Shown here: in pieces, positions 63,606 to 64,000 of the stretch | Layout: every line of letters starts with the position of its first letter | Numbering within the stretch: position 1 is the first letter of the stretch | Source: a virus | Taxonomy: Duplodnaviria > Heunggongvirae > Uroviricota > Caudoviricetes | Length of the DNA stretch: 64,000 nt | IMG/VR virus record: IMGVR_UViG_2627853872_000003 | Direction: 5' to 3' (one strand) | The notes under the pieces: model-generated | The model's database searches: none | What the model was told of the DNA's origin: nothing | The model's input: the letters and a program-made list of their open reading frames with translations, nothing else | Translations under genes and position numbers: made by a program

Positions 63606-64000
63606 TCAGCGACCGGCAGTTGAGGGATCGTTGACGGCGGGCACAGGCGTGGCGGTCTCACCGCTTGCATTGGCCGCGGGATCAGCGGTGGGCGAGCCCG
63701 GTTGTTGTGGGGACGAGGGTTCTTGCGCTTCTTCTTCGGAAGGCGGGGGCGGTGGCGGTTGCCCTTGCGTGGAGGGCGGATTCGGAACCTGGGATGAGGG
63801 GTTGATGGTTCCTTGCATGACTTGGGCGTTCTTGATCGACAAGGTCGCGCCAGGGGCATAGAGCTTGGCAACAGCCGCCGGAATCGGTGTCGGCGAAATC
63901 GAATCGAATCCCAGCGCTTTGACGGTTGGGTCATACGAGACTCCGCCGTTGCGCGCGATTACTACATCGATGGGGAATCGGGTTCCGTTGGGGTCGATCC
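63606..64000 (-). CDS. Partial CDS (C-terminal Pro/Gln-rich end of a gene continuing beyond the window)
   Basis: Open minus-strand frame ending 21 bp upstream of the EccC-like start. Pro-rich tail PPPPPPSEEEAQEP. Identity unknown. Confidence 0.35.
   Translation of the reverse strand, partial: IDPNGTRFPIDVVIARNGGVSYDPTVKALGFDSISPTPIPAAVAKLYAPGATLSIKNAQVMQGTINPSSQVPNPPSTQGQPPPPPPSEEEAQEPSSPQQPGSPTADPAANASGETATPVPAVNDPSTAGR

Noticed and set aside
59308-64000. Canonical ESX (type VII) locus
   Set aside because: Only an EccC-like ATPase is present. No EccB, EccD (multi-TM), EccE or MycP subtilisin could be recognised in the window, and the nearby protease is trypsin-like. Reported as a non-canonical system instead.

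Overview
Work from the raw sequence and the supplied ORF track only; no database searches were run. The window is high-GC (about 65%) Mycobacteriales-like DNA carrying a large mobile-element-like region. I found no capsid, portal, terminase or tail genes, so an integrative plasmid, phage-plasmid or ICE fits better than a classical prophage.

Gene content by region:
- 1-1209: a tyrosine integrase that begins exactly at position 1.
- 1.8-5.3 kb: two DnaQ-type DEDDh exonucleases, one fused to a BRCT domain and zinc ribbons.
- About 5941-5985 (minus strand): a tRNA 3'-end-like segment (T-arm plus acceptor 3' strand, no 5' half), a putative att core.
- 6258-6554: an excisionase-like HTH gene next to that segment, followed by an RNase-H-domain protein and a Vsr/DUF559-like endonuclease.
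- 10-21 kb: operons encoding FtsK/SpoIIIE-family ATPases (one fused to a CbbX-type AAA+ domain) and an SPFH protein.
- 21-28.8 kb: an Orn-like exoribonuclease, a secreted cell-wall module (S1 protease, SLT transglycosylase, a 744-aa protein with an NlpC/P60-like C-terminus) and two small helical Esx-like proteins.
- 28.8-47 kb: a replication module with family-A DNA polymerase I carrying a 283-aa intein, an SF2 DEAH helicase and a stand-alone Hint-like protein, plus two WhiA paralogs, a J-domain protein and a DUF2786 protein.
- About 33.0-33.36 kb: a roughly 330-bp imperfect palindrome around an AT-rich core, a candidate origin or control region.
- 51.1-55.2 kb (minus strand): a compact operon that looks like a phage-type NAD+ reconstitution counter-defence locus. 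It encodes a macro domain protein, a PRPP-synthetase-like protein, a RyR-domain protein, a NAMPT-like protein and an NrtR-like Nudix-wHTH protein. A 43-bp nested palindrome sits inside it, and it is translationally coupled to an upstream FtsK-like ATPase.
- 59308-63585: a full EccC/EssC-like triple-ATPase of the type VII secretion family, with no EccB, EccD, EccE or MycP seen in the window.

A 17-bp palindrome, TTCTCTATTTTAGAGAA, recurs five times. Every copy lies in an intergenic operon-start region, which suggests an element-wide operator or promoter regulon.

Functions are inferred from motifs recognised by eye, and many start codons are approximate.
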